From contig CAJAUM010000128.1 of the NCBI GenBank assembly GCA_903945175.1, positions 4,459 through 68,458 on the forward strand: DNA of 64,000 nucleotides. Direction: 5' to 3'. Positions within the stretch are counted from its first letter, which is position 1. Every line of letters begins with the position of its first letter. Made by a program: the position numbers and the translations under genes. Positions 38,396-48,398 of the stretch are shown one piece after another. The notes under the pieces were generated by a model, which saw only the letters and a program-made list of their open reading frames with translations, was not told the origin of the DNA and did not search any database. This DNA comes from an uncultured Bacteroidales bacterium (lineage in GTDB: Bacteria; Bacteroidota; Bacteroidia; Bacteroidales; FEN-979).

Positions 38396-41300
38396 ATGAA
38401 AAAAATCTATCTTTATCTTGTCCTCGCAATTACGCTGATTGGAGGCTCGGTAATTCTTGTTTTCGCTCTTACTGGCAAAAGCAACCATGATTTGGTGCGG
38501 GTAAATCCTGCCTTTCGTGAATATGTCCAGGCGTTCACATCCGGCATTGTCTCCACACGAACAGTGATCAAGGTAAGATTGTCTCAGGATTTCGCCGACA
38601 CCATGTCGTTCGGTACACCTGTTCCAGAGAGTTATTTTAAATTCAAACCATCGCTAAAAGGGAAAACCTATTGGAGCGACAGCAGGACCATTGAATTTCA
38701 ACCAGATGAACAACTGCCACAGGATCAGGTGTATGAGGTTAATTTTTCTTTGTCGCGATTGGTTACTGTCCCGGATTCGTTAAAAACCATGGTGTTTCAA
38801 TTCCGAACCATGCTGCAGGAACTTTCAGTGGAAGTTGAAAACCACAAGGCCTATTCTCATGATAATCTTTCAAGGGAGTACCTTACCGGGAGCCTCCAGA
38901 CTTCGGATGTGGCTGATGACCTGCAAATAGAGAAAGTTGTCATGGCCAAACAGAATGGAAGAGAGCTTCCCGTTGAATGGACGCACGATCAGAAGACACG
39001 GACCCATTCATTCCGTGTGGATTCTGTCGCCAGGGGAAACACGGCAAGCGCAGTTAACCTCACATGGGACGGATCGCTGGTAGGTTCGAAAACGGAGGGG
39101 CAAACGGCCGTTGAAATTCCTGCCTTGGGCGATTTTAAAGTAATCGCAGTAAGCAGCTTACCGGGGGCCCAGCAGGGTCTTTTGGTTCAGTTTTCCGATC
39201 CGCTCCAATCGGGTCAGAACCTCGACGGGCTATTCAGGGTGGGTACGTACAACAGTCTGCGCTACACGGTGGAGGACAATTTACTTATGATCTATCTTCC
39301 CGAAACCACTGATACCAAAGTCAGGTTATCGCTTGAGCCCTCCATAAGGAATATTGGCCAGGTAAGCCTTGGGAAAAGGATGGTAGAACAAGTCCGTGTG
39401 GAAAATCCCAGGCCCAATGTACGGTTTACAGGTGATGGGGTGATCATGCCTGCTTCGAATGGCATGTTGCTTCCGTTTGAGGCGGTCAACCTGAAGGCTG
39501 TAGATATCAAAGTCGTGCAGATCTTTGAAAACAACATCCTCCAGTTTTTGCAGGCGAATGAATTGAATGGCAATTCTCAGCTTGCCAGGGTTGGCCGGGT
39601 GGTGCTGAAAAAGACCATTCCGCTTACCGGGGTTGCCGGGTACGGAAGGTGGAACCGGTATTCCATTGACTTGTCGTCACTAATGACTGCGGAACCCGGG
39701 GCGTTGTATTCGGTCATCCTGGGATTTGAACAAGCGTATTCCACCTATCCTTGCAGTGATGCAGATACAATTAAACCGGCGGAGACGGAGCTGGTTGTTC
39801 TGGATGATCCGGAACAGGAAAATGACAAAAATTGGGATTACTTTAGCAGCTACGACAACGATGATTTCAGCAACGGAGGGTGGCAGAACTATCAATGGGA
39901 GGAGCGGGATAATCCTTGCAAGAGATCCTATTTTTTTAATAAATCAGTCAGCAGAAATGTGCTGGCCTCCGACCTTGGAATGATTGCCAAAGCCGGAAGC
40001 GATGGGAATTGGCATGTGTTTGTGACGGATATTCTCTCTTCGAAGCCATTATCCGGTATTTCAGTGGAGTTTTTCAATTTTCAGCTGCAAAGCATGGGAA
40101 AAACCACCACCAATGGAGAGGGTATGGCCATCGTTCCCCTGAAGAAAAGGCCCTTTATCGTGGTTGCACGCAAAGGTGCTCAAACCGGGTACCTAAAGCT
40201 CACCGATGGAAATGCATTGTCAATCAGCATGTTCGATGTGAGTGGCGAACCTGTTCAGAAAGGACTTAAGGGTTTTATCTATGGTGAACGCGGTGTCTGG
40301 AGGCCAGGTGACTCAATTTTCATGACATTCATCCTGGAAGATAAATTACATCAACTCCCTGCACATCACCCGGTGAACATGTCATTTTACAATCCGGGCG
40401 GACAGTTGATCAGCAGGATGGTGAGAACCAATCCTGTGAATGGGTTTTACAATTTCAGTACGGCAACAGCATATGACGCTCCAACAGGGAACTGGCTTGC
40501 CAAAGTTAACGTAGGGGGTGTCGAATTTCAGAAAACGGTAAAAATTGAAGCGGTAAAGCCAAACCGGCTAAAGATAAACTTTGATTTTAAGACAGATCGT
40601 CTTGTTAAGGATAAGGTTCCTTCTGCGATGCTCGAAGCAACCTGGCTCACCGGATCCACAGCGCGCAACCTCAAAGCCAAAGTGATGCTGACCCTGACGA
40701 AATCAATGACCGCTTTCAAGAATTTCCCCGGATATGTTTTTGATAACCCAACCGCAGGATTTGCTGCTGAAAATATTACTGTTTTCGATGGCAGGCTTGA
40801 TGCCGATGGGCGCGCCATGGTCACCCCGGTGATTCATGTAACAAACATTGCTCCCGGTGCACTCAAAGCCAGTTTTGAAACAATGGTCTTTGAAGATGGC
40901 GGTGATTTCAGCATTGACCGCTTTTCAATCCCATACTATCCATATCAGTCCTATGCCGGGTTGCGTGTTCCCATGCCATCAAACGATGACAAGGTGTTGT
41001 ACACGGATAAAACCTACCAAATCGATTTATTGAATGTAAATGCCCAAGGTGGACTGATCCCCTCAAACCGCCTGAAGGTCGAAGTGTTCAAGCTCGAATG
41101 GCGTTGGTGGTGGGATGATTCCGAAGCAGGATCAGCCGATTTTATCTCCACATCATACATCAAACCTTCAGATTCAGCTGTAGTTAAAACTGTGAATGGC
41201 AAGGGTGCTTTTGAATTCCTGGTTGACAACAACAACTGGGGGAGGTACCTGATCAAGGTGACCGACCGAACATCGGGCCATGCAGCAGGTAAGGTAGTGT

Positions 41301-43969
41301 ATGTTGACTGGCCTGGTTATTTCCGCATGCCGGGTGGGGAAAAGCAGGCTGCTGCGATGCTTACCCTCACTACCAACAAGAACCAGTATAAGGTGGGCGA
41401 CCAAGTCAAGCTGACACTGCCCACCTCTCCCGACGGACGGGCGCTGGTTACCATTGAAACCGGATCGAATATCCTGAAATCCTTCTGGGTCCCCACCACA
41501 AAAGGGACCACCGACATCTCCTTTGAAGCGACTGAAGCCATGGCTCCCAACTGCTATGCGTATGTGACCCTGATCCAGCCACATGCCCAGACAAAGAACG
41601 ACCTGCCAATAAGGTTGTATGGTGTAATCCCTGTCCCGGTTGAAAATCCCAATACCCATCTCAAGCCGGTGATCGGCATGCGTAATGAACTCGAACCCGG
41701 CAAAGAGGTCTCTATCCAGGTGAAAGAGAACAGTGGAAAACCCATGACCTATACCCTCGCGATGGTGGATGACGGTTTACTTGACCTTACCCGTTTTAAA
41801 ACACCTGATCCATGGAATGTATTTTTTGCCAGGGAGGCATTGGGTGTGAAAACCTGGGATTTGTTTGACCAGGTGATGGGGGCATTCAGCGGGGAGCTGC
41901 AGCGGATCCTCAGCATTGGGGGCGACGAGGATGCAATCAACAAAGAAGGTTTGAAGGCCAACCGGTTCAAACCAATGGTCAGGTTTTTAGGCCCTTTTGA
42001 ATTAAAAAAAGGGCAGTCAAAAACACATTCCTTTATGATGCCTGAATATATAGGCTCCGTAAGGGTTATGGTTGTTGCAGGTCAGAATGGTGCATACGGC
42101 ACAGATGAAAAAACGGTCAGGGTAAAGAAGCCGCTCATGGTATTGGGAACACTGCCGAGGGTGGTTGGTCCAGGTGAATCCGTTATGCTGCCGGTAAGTG
42201 TTTTTGCGATGGATCCATCTATCCGAAATGTCAAGGTAGAGGTGACCACGAATGAGTTATTTATCCTTAATGGAGAAAGTACGAAGCAACTGACCTTCAC
42301 CAATACTGGCGATCAGCTGACCACCTTCGGATTGAAGGTAACAGAAGCGGTGGGCTTCGGCAAGGTAACAATTGTGGCAATCAGCGGTAATCACAAAGCG
42401 GTGCATACGATTGACATCGGGATCCGAAACCCCAATCCCCGTGTGACCAATGTTTTTGAAAAGGTTATTCTGCCTGGAAAAACCTGGACTACTGAATTCA
42501 GGGCGCCAGGAATAACAGGCAGCAATAGGGGAACGCTGGAGCTTTCGAATGTATTGCCTATGAATCTGGAGAAGCGGCTTTCATACCTTATACATTATCC
42601 TTTTGGGTGCGTGGAGCAGACTGTTTCTTCTGTTTTTTCGCAACTTTACATTGGAGATATTCTTGAACTTTCGGAGGCGGAAAAAAAGGAGACGGAACAA
42701 AATATCCGTGCTGCCATTCAGCGCCTTAAATCGTTTCAGTTGTCAAACGGCGGACTGACAAGCTGGCCGGGCGCCCAGTATGCTGATGACTGGGGGACCA
42801 CCTATGCCGGCCATTTCCTTCTGGAGGCCGAGCAAAAGGGATTTGCTTTGCCGGTGAACTTTTTATCCTCATGGAAAGAATTTCAGCGACAAAAGGCGGT
42901 ATCCTGGACCTACGATGCTTCATGGCTTAACAACGACCTCATGCAGTCGTACCGGCTGTACACCCTTGCTTTGGCCAAAGCGCCTGAACTGGGGTCGATG
43001 AACAAGCTGCTGGAAAAGAAAGACCTTTCGGTTTCGGCCCGATGGCGCCTGGCTGCAGCTTATGAACTTGCCGGAAAAAAAGAGGTAGCCATGCAACTTT
43101 TAACCACGGCCCCTCTATCGGTTAGCCCATATACTGAGTCCGATTATACTTACGGCTCTGATCTCCGCGACAAAGCCATGATTGTGGAAGCGCTTTGCCT
43201 CATGAATATGAAAACCAAGGCAGCCCCGCTGGTGAAGGAGATTTCTGCTGCACTATGCAATGATGCATGGTACAGCACCCAGTCAACATCCTTTGCCATT
43301 CTTGCTATGGCCAGGTTTACCGGGAATACTCAGGGAATTGGTATCCGGGCTTCATTGCTTCTGAATACCGGGCAGCCTGAAGAGATAGAGACAAAAAAAC
43401 CAGTATTGACCCGTGAAATCGAGGTCATTCCTGGGAAGAAAGGGGTCGTCCAGGTGATCAACAAGGGGAAAAGTATGCTGTATGCCAGGTTGATCCTGAC
43501 AGGGATTCCTGTTCGGGGAGACACGACCGAGGCAGCCAACAACCTAAAAATTTCTGTGGTGTATAAATCCATGAAGGGCGAGCCAGTCAGACCTGATATT
43601 CTTCGACAAGGAACCAGCTTTATCGCAGAGGTCACTGTCACGAATCCTGGACTACGGGGAAATTACCAGCAACTTGCCTTGTCACAGGTATTCCCTTCGG
43701 GATGGGAGATCCTCAATTCCCGAAGCAGTGAAACGGCACAGTCAAATAGTGCAGGCTCCTCATTTACTTATCAGGATGTGCGAGATGACCGGGTATACAC
43801 TTTTTTTGATGTGAATACGACACAAACCAAGACCTTCAGGGTGATGCTCCTGGCCGCCTACCAGGGGCGGTTCTATCTGCCAACCACCAGCTGCGAAGCC
43901 ATGTACGATAACACAATCAGTGCGCGGATTCCCGGACGTTGGGTAGAGGTGGTACCAGCTTCAAAATAA
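38396..43969 (+). CDS. Bacterial alpha-2-macroglobulin family protein
   Basis: 1857 aa with repeated MG-like beta domains. Thioester motif GCVEQ (CVEQ at 42608-42619) within an alpha-helical TED-like region. A PBP1C gene follows immediately. Confidence 0.9.
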   Translation: MKKIYLYLVLAITLIGGSVILVFALTGKSNHDLVRVNPAFREYVQAFTSGIVSTRTVIKVRLSQDFADTMSFGTPVPESYFKFKPSLKGKTYWSDSRTIEFQPDEQLPQDQVYEVNFSLSRLVTVPDSLKTMVFQFRTMLQELSVEVENHKAYSHDNLSREYLTGSLQTSDVADDLQIEKVVMAKQNGRELPVEWTHDQKTRTHSFRVDSVARGNTASAVNLTWDGSLVGSKTEGQTAVEIPALGDFKVIAVSSLPGAQQGLLVQFSDPLQSGQNLDGLFRVGTYNSLRYTVEDNLLMIYLPETTDTKVRLSLEPSIRNIGQVSLGKRMVEQVRVENPRPNVRFTGDGVIMPASNGMLLPFEAVNLKAVDIKVVQIFENNILQFLQANELNGNSQLARVGRVVLKKTIPLTGVAGYGRWNRYSIDLSSLMTAEPGALYSVILGFEQAYSTYPCSDADTIKPAETELVVLDDPEQENDKNWDYFSSYDNDDFSNGGWQNYQWEERDNPCKRSYFFNKSVSRNVLASDLGMIAKAGSDGNWHVFVTDILSSKPLSGISVEFFNFQLQSMGKTTTNGEGMAIVPLKKRPFIVVARKGAQTGYLKLTDGNALSISMFDVSGEPVQKGLKGFIYGERGVWRPGDSIFMTFILEDKLHQLPAHHPVNMSFYNPGGQLISRMVRTNPVNGFYNFSTATAYDAPTGNWLAKVNVGGVEFQKTVKIEAVKPNRLKINFDFKTDRLVKDKVPSAMLEATWLTGSTARNLKAKVMLTLTKSMTAFKNFPGYVFDNPTAGFAAENITVFDGRLDADGRAMVTPVIHVTNIAPGALKASFETMVFEDGGDFSIDRFSIPYYPYQSYAGLRVPMPSNDDKVLYTDKTYQIDLLNVNAQGGLIPSNRLKVEVFKLEWRWWWDDSEAGSADFISTSYIKPSDSAVVKTVNGKGAFEFLVDNNNWGRYLIKVTDRTSGHAAGKVVYVDWPGYFRMPGGEKQAAAMLTLTTNKNQYKVGDQVKLTLPTSPDGRALVTIETGSNILKSFWVPTTKGTTDISFEATEAMAPNCYAYVTLIQPHAQTKNDLPIRLYGVIPVPVENPNTHLKPVIGMRNELEPGKEVSIQVKENSGKPMTYTLAMVDDGLLDLTRFKTPDPWNVFFAREALGVKTWDLFDQVMGAFSGELQRILSIGGDEDAINKEGLKANRFKPMVRFLGPFELKKGQSKTHSFMMPEYIGSVRVMVVAGQNGAYGTDEKTVRVKKPLMVLGTLPRVVGPGESVMLPVSVFAMDPSIRNVKVEVTTNELFILNGESTKQLTFTNTGDQLTTFGLKVTEAVGFGKVTIVAISGNHKAVHTIDIGIRNPNPRVTNVFEKVILPGKTWTTEFRAPGITGSNRGTLELSNVLPMNLEKRLSYLIHYPFGCVEQTVSSVFSQLYIGDILELSEAEKKETEQNIRAAIQRLKSFQLSNGGLTSWPGAQYADDWGTTYAGHFLLEAEQKGFALPVNFLSSWKEFQRQKAVSWTYDASWLNNDLMQSYRLYTLALAKAPELGSMNKLLEKKDLSVSARWRLAAAYELAGKKEVAMQLLTTAPLSVSPYTESDYTYGSDLRDKAMIVEALCLMNMKTKAAPLVKEISAALCNDAWYSTQSTSFAILAMARFTGNTQGIGIRASLLLNTGQPEEIETKKPVLTREIEVIPGKKGVVQVINKGKSMLYARLILTGIPVRGDTTEAANNLKISVVYKSMKGEPVRPDILRQGTSFIAEVTVTNPGLRGNYQQLALSQVFPSGWEILNSRSSETAQSNSAGSSFTYQDVRDDRVYTFFDVNTTQTKTFRVMLLAAYQGRFYLPTTSCEAMYDNTISARIPGRWVEVVPASK

Positions 43970-43991
43970 CAGGAAGGGGATTGGCTACCAA

Positions 43992-46352
43992 ATGAAAAAT
44001 TCGCGCATACAGCGATATTTATTATATTTATTTTTGGCGCTTATTGCCGTCTTCTTCTGGTTTTCCTTGCCCCGTCCGTTATTCCAAGATCCACTTTCGA
44101 CCGTGTTGATTGACCGTGACGGGAATCTGCTTGGAGCCAAAATATCCTCTGACCAACAATGGCGGTTTCCTGAAGGGGACCATGTTCCTTTAAAGTTCAG
44201 ACTTGCCATCACCCATTACGAAGACCGTTACTTTTTTTATCACCCTGCTTTTAATCCTGTTGCTTTGCTGCGGGCGGCTTTTCTGAACATCAAGCACCGG
44301 CGTATTGTGAGCGGAGGAAGTACCATTACAATGCAGGTCATCAGACTTGTCCGAAAAAACAGGGATCGTACCTTTCTTGAAAAATTCAGGGAACTTTTCC
44401 TGGCCTGCAGGCTTGAATTTACCTATAGCAAGAACGAAATTCTTGGTCTCTATGCATCACACGCCCCATTTGGCGGCAATGTAGTAGGCCTTGATGCTGC
44501 TGCATGGCGCTATTTTGGAACAGATGCCGACCAACTCTCCTGGGCTGAGGCAGCAACGCTTGCTGTTTTGCCTAACAGTCCCGGGCTGATATATCCTGGA
44601 CGCAACCCCCATTTTCTGTTGTCGAAGCGCGATCGCCTCCTTGATCTATTGTGTAAAAGGGGTGTAATCGATACTACAACCTGTGATCTGGCGAAAAGCG
44701 AAAAACTTCCAGAAAAACCATTTCCCCTTCCGCAACGGGCGCCGCACTTGCTTGACAGGACCATGAAGGAGGGACACAAGGGGACCAAGGTTCTTACCAC
44801 GCTTGATCTTTCTCTTCAGCAACGGGTCAATGATATTATTGACAGGCATGGAATTCAGCTCATGGCCAATGAAATACACAATGCCGCAGTCCTTGTCCTT
44901 GAGGTGAATACCGGGAATGTGATTGCCTACGCCGGAAACTTACCCGGAACGGCTATCCGTGAACATGGAAACAATGTAGACATCATCTCCGCCCCACGCA
45001 GTACCGGTAGTATTTTGAAACCCTTCCTTTATGCAGCCATGCTGAACGACGGATTGCTGCTGCCCAATACCCTGGTTGCGGATATTCCAATGCAGATTGG
45101 TGGTTTTATTCCCGAAAATTACAATCTGACCTATGACGGAGCTGTTCCGGCAAAAATGGCGCTGGCCCGCTCATTGAATATCCCGGCTGTGAAAATGCTT
45201 CAGACATACGGATATGATCAGTTTTGTAAGCTTCTTCGAAAATTGGGGATGTCCACCCTTACAAAACCAGCTGACCATTATGGACTGGCACTCATCCTGG
45301 GGGGGGCCGAAGCCAGTCTGTGGGATCTTGCCGGGATTTACGCTTCGATGGCCCGTACCCTAAGCCATTTTTCCGAGCACGGAGCGAAATACAGTAAATC
45401 AGATTTTCATCCACCAACTTACTTCGTTCCGGAAGAACCAAAAAAACTATTGTTACAGGATCAGTCATCCTGGTTCGATGCTGGCTCGATCTGGCTTACC
45501 TTCGAGGCCATGATAGAGGTTGCACGTCCCGATGCGGAGAGTTTGTGGCAACAATTTTCTTCAAGCCATAAGATTGCATGGAAAACTGGTACCAGCTTTG
45601 GGAACCGTGATGGCTGGTCAGTTGGAGTCACCCCGGAATACGTAGTGGCCGTCTGGGTTGGCAATGCTTCCGGAGAGGGCAGACCCGGATTGACCGGTAT
45701 TGGTGTGGCTGCTCCCATTCTGTTTGATGTGTTCAAAACCCTGCCGCCAACGACCTGGTTTGAAAGACCCACACCGGCCATGATGCAAGTCCCGGTATGC
45801 CGGTATAGTGGTTACCGGGCCACGGCCATTTGCGAAATTACAGATACCCTTTGGATACAAAAGCAGGGGGCGAAAACGGAGCCCTGCCCTTTTCATCAGC
45901 GGATTCATCTTGATCAAACCGGCAAATGGCAAGTCAATTCAAATTGTGAGCCTACGGAAAACATGCAGCATGTGTCATGGTTTGTGCTTCCTCCCGTTCA
46001 GGAATGGTATTTCCGAAACAAGAATCCATTTTACAAGGTGCTGCCTCCATTCCGCCCCGACTGTGCAGGCACCAGTGAAAGAAGGAACATGGAGGTCATC
46101 TATCCGAAAAACAACAGTAGAATATACATTCCAGTCGACCTTGACGGGAAGCCGGGAAGTGCGGTTTTCAGAGTGGCCAACCGCCATCGCGGGGCCCTGG
46201 TATACTGGCACCTGGATGATCGTTTCATCGGGACAACCACACAGGTTCACCAGATGGCACTTTCACCTGCCCGGGGCATGCACAGGCTGACGCTTGTCGG
46301 GCAAGATGGAGAAAGTATAATGATCAGGTTTGAGGTGATCAGCGAGAAGTAG
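43992..46352 (+). CDS. pbpC: Penicillin-binding protein 1C (bifunctional glycosyltransferase / transpeptidase)
   Basis: N-terminal TM anchor. GT51 motifs (EDRYFFYHPAFNP, GGSTITMQ). Transpeptidase motifs SxxK (STGSILKP), SxN (RSLN) and KTG (WKTGTS). C-terminal PBP1C-type domain. Confidence 0.9.
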   Translation: MKNSRIQRYLLYLFLALIAVFFWFSLPRPLFQDPLSTVLIDRDGNLLGAKISSDQQWRFPEGDHVPLKFRLAITHYEDRYFFYHPAFNPVALLRAAFLNIKHRRIVSGGSTITMQVIRLVRKNRDRTFLEKFRELFLACRLEFTYSKNEILGLYASHAPFGGNVVGLDAAAWRYFGTDADQLSWAEAATLAVLPNSPGLIYPGRNPHFLLSKRDRLLDLLCKRGVIDTTTCDLAKSEKLPEKPFPLPQRAPHLLDRTMKEGHKGTKVLTTLDLSLQQRVNDIIDRHGIQLMANEIHNAAVLVLEVNTGNVIAYAGNLPGTAIREHGNNVDIISAPRSTGSILKPFLYAAMLNDGLLLPNTLVADIPMQIGGFIPENYNLTYDGAVPAKMALARSLNIPAVKMLQTYGYDQFCKLLRKLGMSTLTKPADHYGLALILGGAEASLWDLAGIYASMARTLSHFSEHGAKYSKSDFHPPTYFVPEEPKKLLLQDQSSWFDAGSIWLTFEAMIEVARPDAESLWQQFSSSHKIAWKTGTSFGNRDGWSVGVTPEYVVAVWVGNASGEGRPGLTGIGVAAPILFDVFKTLPPTTWFERPTPAMMQVPVCRYSGYRATAICEITDTLWIQKQGAKTEPCPFHQRIHLDQTGKWQVNSNCEPTENMQHVSWFVLPPVQEWYFRNKNPFYKVLPPFRPDCAGTSERRNMEVIYPKNNSRIYIPVDLDGKPGSAVFRVANRHRGALVYWHLDDRFIGTTTQVHQMALSPARGMHRLTLVGQDGESIMIRFEVISEK

Positions 46353-46398
46353 CTCCCTGTCTTCCAGATCCCGAATCAGCCAGTTCACTCCTTTTTTC

Positions 46399-46406
46399 TA
46401 CCTTTG
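46399..46406 (+). promoter_or_regulatory. -7 promoter box TACCTTTG
   Basis: TAnnTTTG match 21 nt upstream of ATG 46428. The ORF-track TTG start at 46404 falls inside the box and is rejected. Confidence 0.5.
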
Positions 46407-46427
46407 CTGCCCAAACAACACCTATTT

Positions 46428-47447
46428 ATGATCCTTGTCACCGGAGGTACCGGCCTTTTAGGCTCACATTTACTGTTCGACCTTTTACTGGCTGGCAAAA
46501 AGGTCCGTGCCATCAAACGCGCTAACAGTAACACAGAAATGGTGCGCAAAGTATTCGCTTACTATGTTGCAAACCCGGATGAGTTAGCGGACGGAATTGA
46601 ATGGGTGAATGCCGATCTGTTGGATCATGGTGCCATGGAAGATGCCATGGATTCCATCACCGAAATATATCACTGCGGGGCTGTGGTTTCTTTTTATCCG
46701 AAAGATCACAAGACCATGTTGAAGGTTAACATCGAAGGGACAGCAAGCCTTGTGAACCAGGCCATCGAACACAAAGTTGAAAAATTCTGTTATGTCAGTT
46801 CCGTGGCAACGCTGGGAAGAGCTGAAAACAATGATGTTTCCACAGAAGAGACCTATTGGATTCCCTCGAAAAAAAATTCAGTATACGGCATCAGTAAATA
46901 CGGGGCTGAACGCGAAATCTGGCGTGGCATGGAAGAGGGGCTCAATGCCGTGATCATCAATCCTTCGGTTATTCTTGGACCTGGTTTCTGGCAGGATAAT
47001 TCCGGATTATTCCGGTTGGTATGGGAAGGATTGAAATACTACACCCATGGTGTAAACGGATATGTTGATGTTCGCGATGTTTCAACAGCCATGATCGGGT
47101 TAATGGACCGCGACCTGTTCGGTCAGCGCTACATTTGCTCTTCCGAAAATATATCCTATCAGGATTTTTTCACCATGATTGCCAGGTCCCTGAATAAACC
47201 TGCACCCGCTGTTAATGTCCCGATGGTTCTGTCCGCCCTTGCATGGCGGGCAGAAGCCGTTCGGGCTTTGCTAACCGGCTCGAAACCGGAAGTAACCAGG
47301 GAGATGGCCAACACCGTTACACAGGTTTATACCTATTCCAACGAAAAACTTTGCCGTGCGCTGGATTTCAAATTCATGTCAGTTGAAAAATCGATCCGTG
47401 AAACCTGTGACTTGTTTCTGAAAGACCATGTAAAATACCCATCCTAA
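46428..47447 (+). CDS. NAD(P)-dependent epimerase/dehydratase family (extended SDR) protein
   Basis: MILVTGGTGLLGSHL Rossmann motif and a YxxxK motif (YGISKYGAE). Confidence 0.8.
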   Translation: MILVTGGTGLLGSHLLFDLLLAGKKVRAIKRANSNTEMVRKVFAYYVANPDELADGIEWVNADLLDHGAMEDAMDSITEIYHCGAVVSFYPKDHKTMLKVNIEGTASLVNQAIEHKVEKFCYVSSVATLGRAENNDVSTEETYWIPSKKNSVYGISKYGAEREIWRGMEEGLNAVIINPSVILGPGFWQDNSGLFRLVWEGLKYYTHGVNGYVDVRDVSTAMIGLMDRDLFGQRYICSSENISYQDFFTMIARSLNKPAPAVNVPMVLSALAWRAEAVRALLTGSKPEVTREMANTVTQVYTYSNEKLCRALDFKFMSVEKSIRETCDLFLKDHVKYPS

Positions 47448-47486
47448 ATCCAGTCATACAAATCGAAAATGAAAACAGGGGTATTC

Positions 47487-47521
47487 CATGTGACCATTGA
47501 AAAACAGCTCATGGACACATG
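47487..47521. terminator. Possible bidirectional hairpin between convergent genes
   Basis: CATGTG-A-CCAT (47487-47497) pairs with ATGG-A-CACATG (47511-47521): 10 bp with one mismatch and a 13-nt loop. There is no clear U-tract. Confidence 0.25.
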
Positions 47522-47539
47522 AAATGAATGGCCAGGTTG

Positions 47540-48388
47540 TCAGGTTGTTCCGAAAACCCGATGCAGGCCTTTCAGGCGCTTGGCCACCCCGGAAACTTCT
47601 GTTTCCTTTTCAAACTCCACCATCAGATGGCTGTCGACCAGTATCCTCGGATTTACAGCGATGTTGAATATTTCGCGATACGTCTGTTTTCTGAGTAGGA
47701 TATCCTGATCCTTCCCCTTCCGGATATTATTCCGGTAGGCAATTCCGTTTGAGCAGACAATGAAAGGATAAAGAAATGGGAATAGCAGCATCGAGGTGCT
47801 TTTCATCCGGGTGGGGTGAATCTTTTTTATTTTAAAACCTGCGAGACGGGCAAGTACCCGAAGTTTCAAAATTCCGGTTAAAAAGAGATGACCATAGTAG
47901 ATGTCGGGCGTAATATCCTGGTCCGACATCCAGATACTGTCGATTTCGTTAGGGGGCATGAGCGAATTAAACCGTTCGCTTTCACTGAGCAGGTAACTCA
48001 GCTTGGCCCGGAGGTTTGAATAATTCGGGGTCGTGATGATCAGTGTACCGGCCGGTTTTAAGACCCGGTTAAATTCTCTCAGGGCCGACAGCTGATCAGA
48101 AAAATGTTCCAAACCTTCCTGGCAGATCAATGCATCGGAAAAGCTATCGGGCAGGGGAATTCCGGTGGATATATTGGCCCGGGTACAGGTCATTCCGGGC
48201 ACCTTGAAATATTCGGGAAACAGGTCAAAGGCCAGGGGTTTGGCGCCGATTTCCGATAGTATCCGGGAGGTAATGCCATTGCCTGCCGGGAAATCCACGA
48301 CCTTTCGATCCCTGAACCGCTCTCCGTTCAACAGAAAGAACCGCTTTACAAAATACTTGATGCTTCGATGGTCGTCCTCGTATTTCAT
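47540..48388 (-). CDS. Class I SAM-dependent methyltransferase
   Basis: Motif I VVDFPAGNGITS and post-I/II blocks (ALICQEGLEHF, LKPAGTLIITTPN). Confidence 0.75.
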   Translation of the reverse strand: MKYEDDHRSIKYFVKRFFLLNGERFRDRKVVDFPAGNGITSRILSEIGAKPLAFDLFPEYFKVPGMTCTRANISTGIPLPDSFSDALICQEGLEHFSDQLSALREFNRVLKPAGTLIITTPNYSNLRAKLSYLLSESERFNSLMPPNEIDSIWMSDQDITPDIYYGHLFLTGILKLRVLARLAGFKIKKIHPTRMKSTSMLLFPFLYPFIVCSNGIAYRNNIRKGKDQDILLRKQTYREIFNIAVNPRILVDSHLMVEFEKETEVSGVAKRLKGLHRVFGTT

Positions 48389-48398
48389 ACCAGATTAT

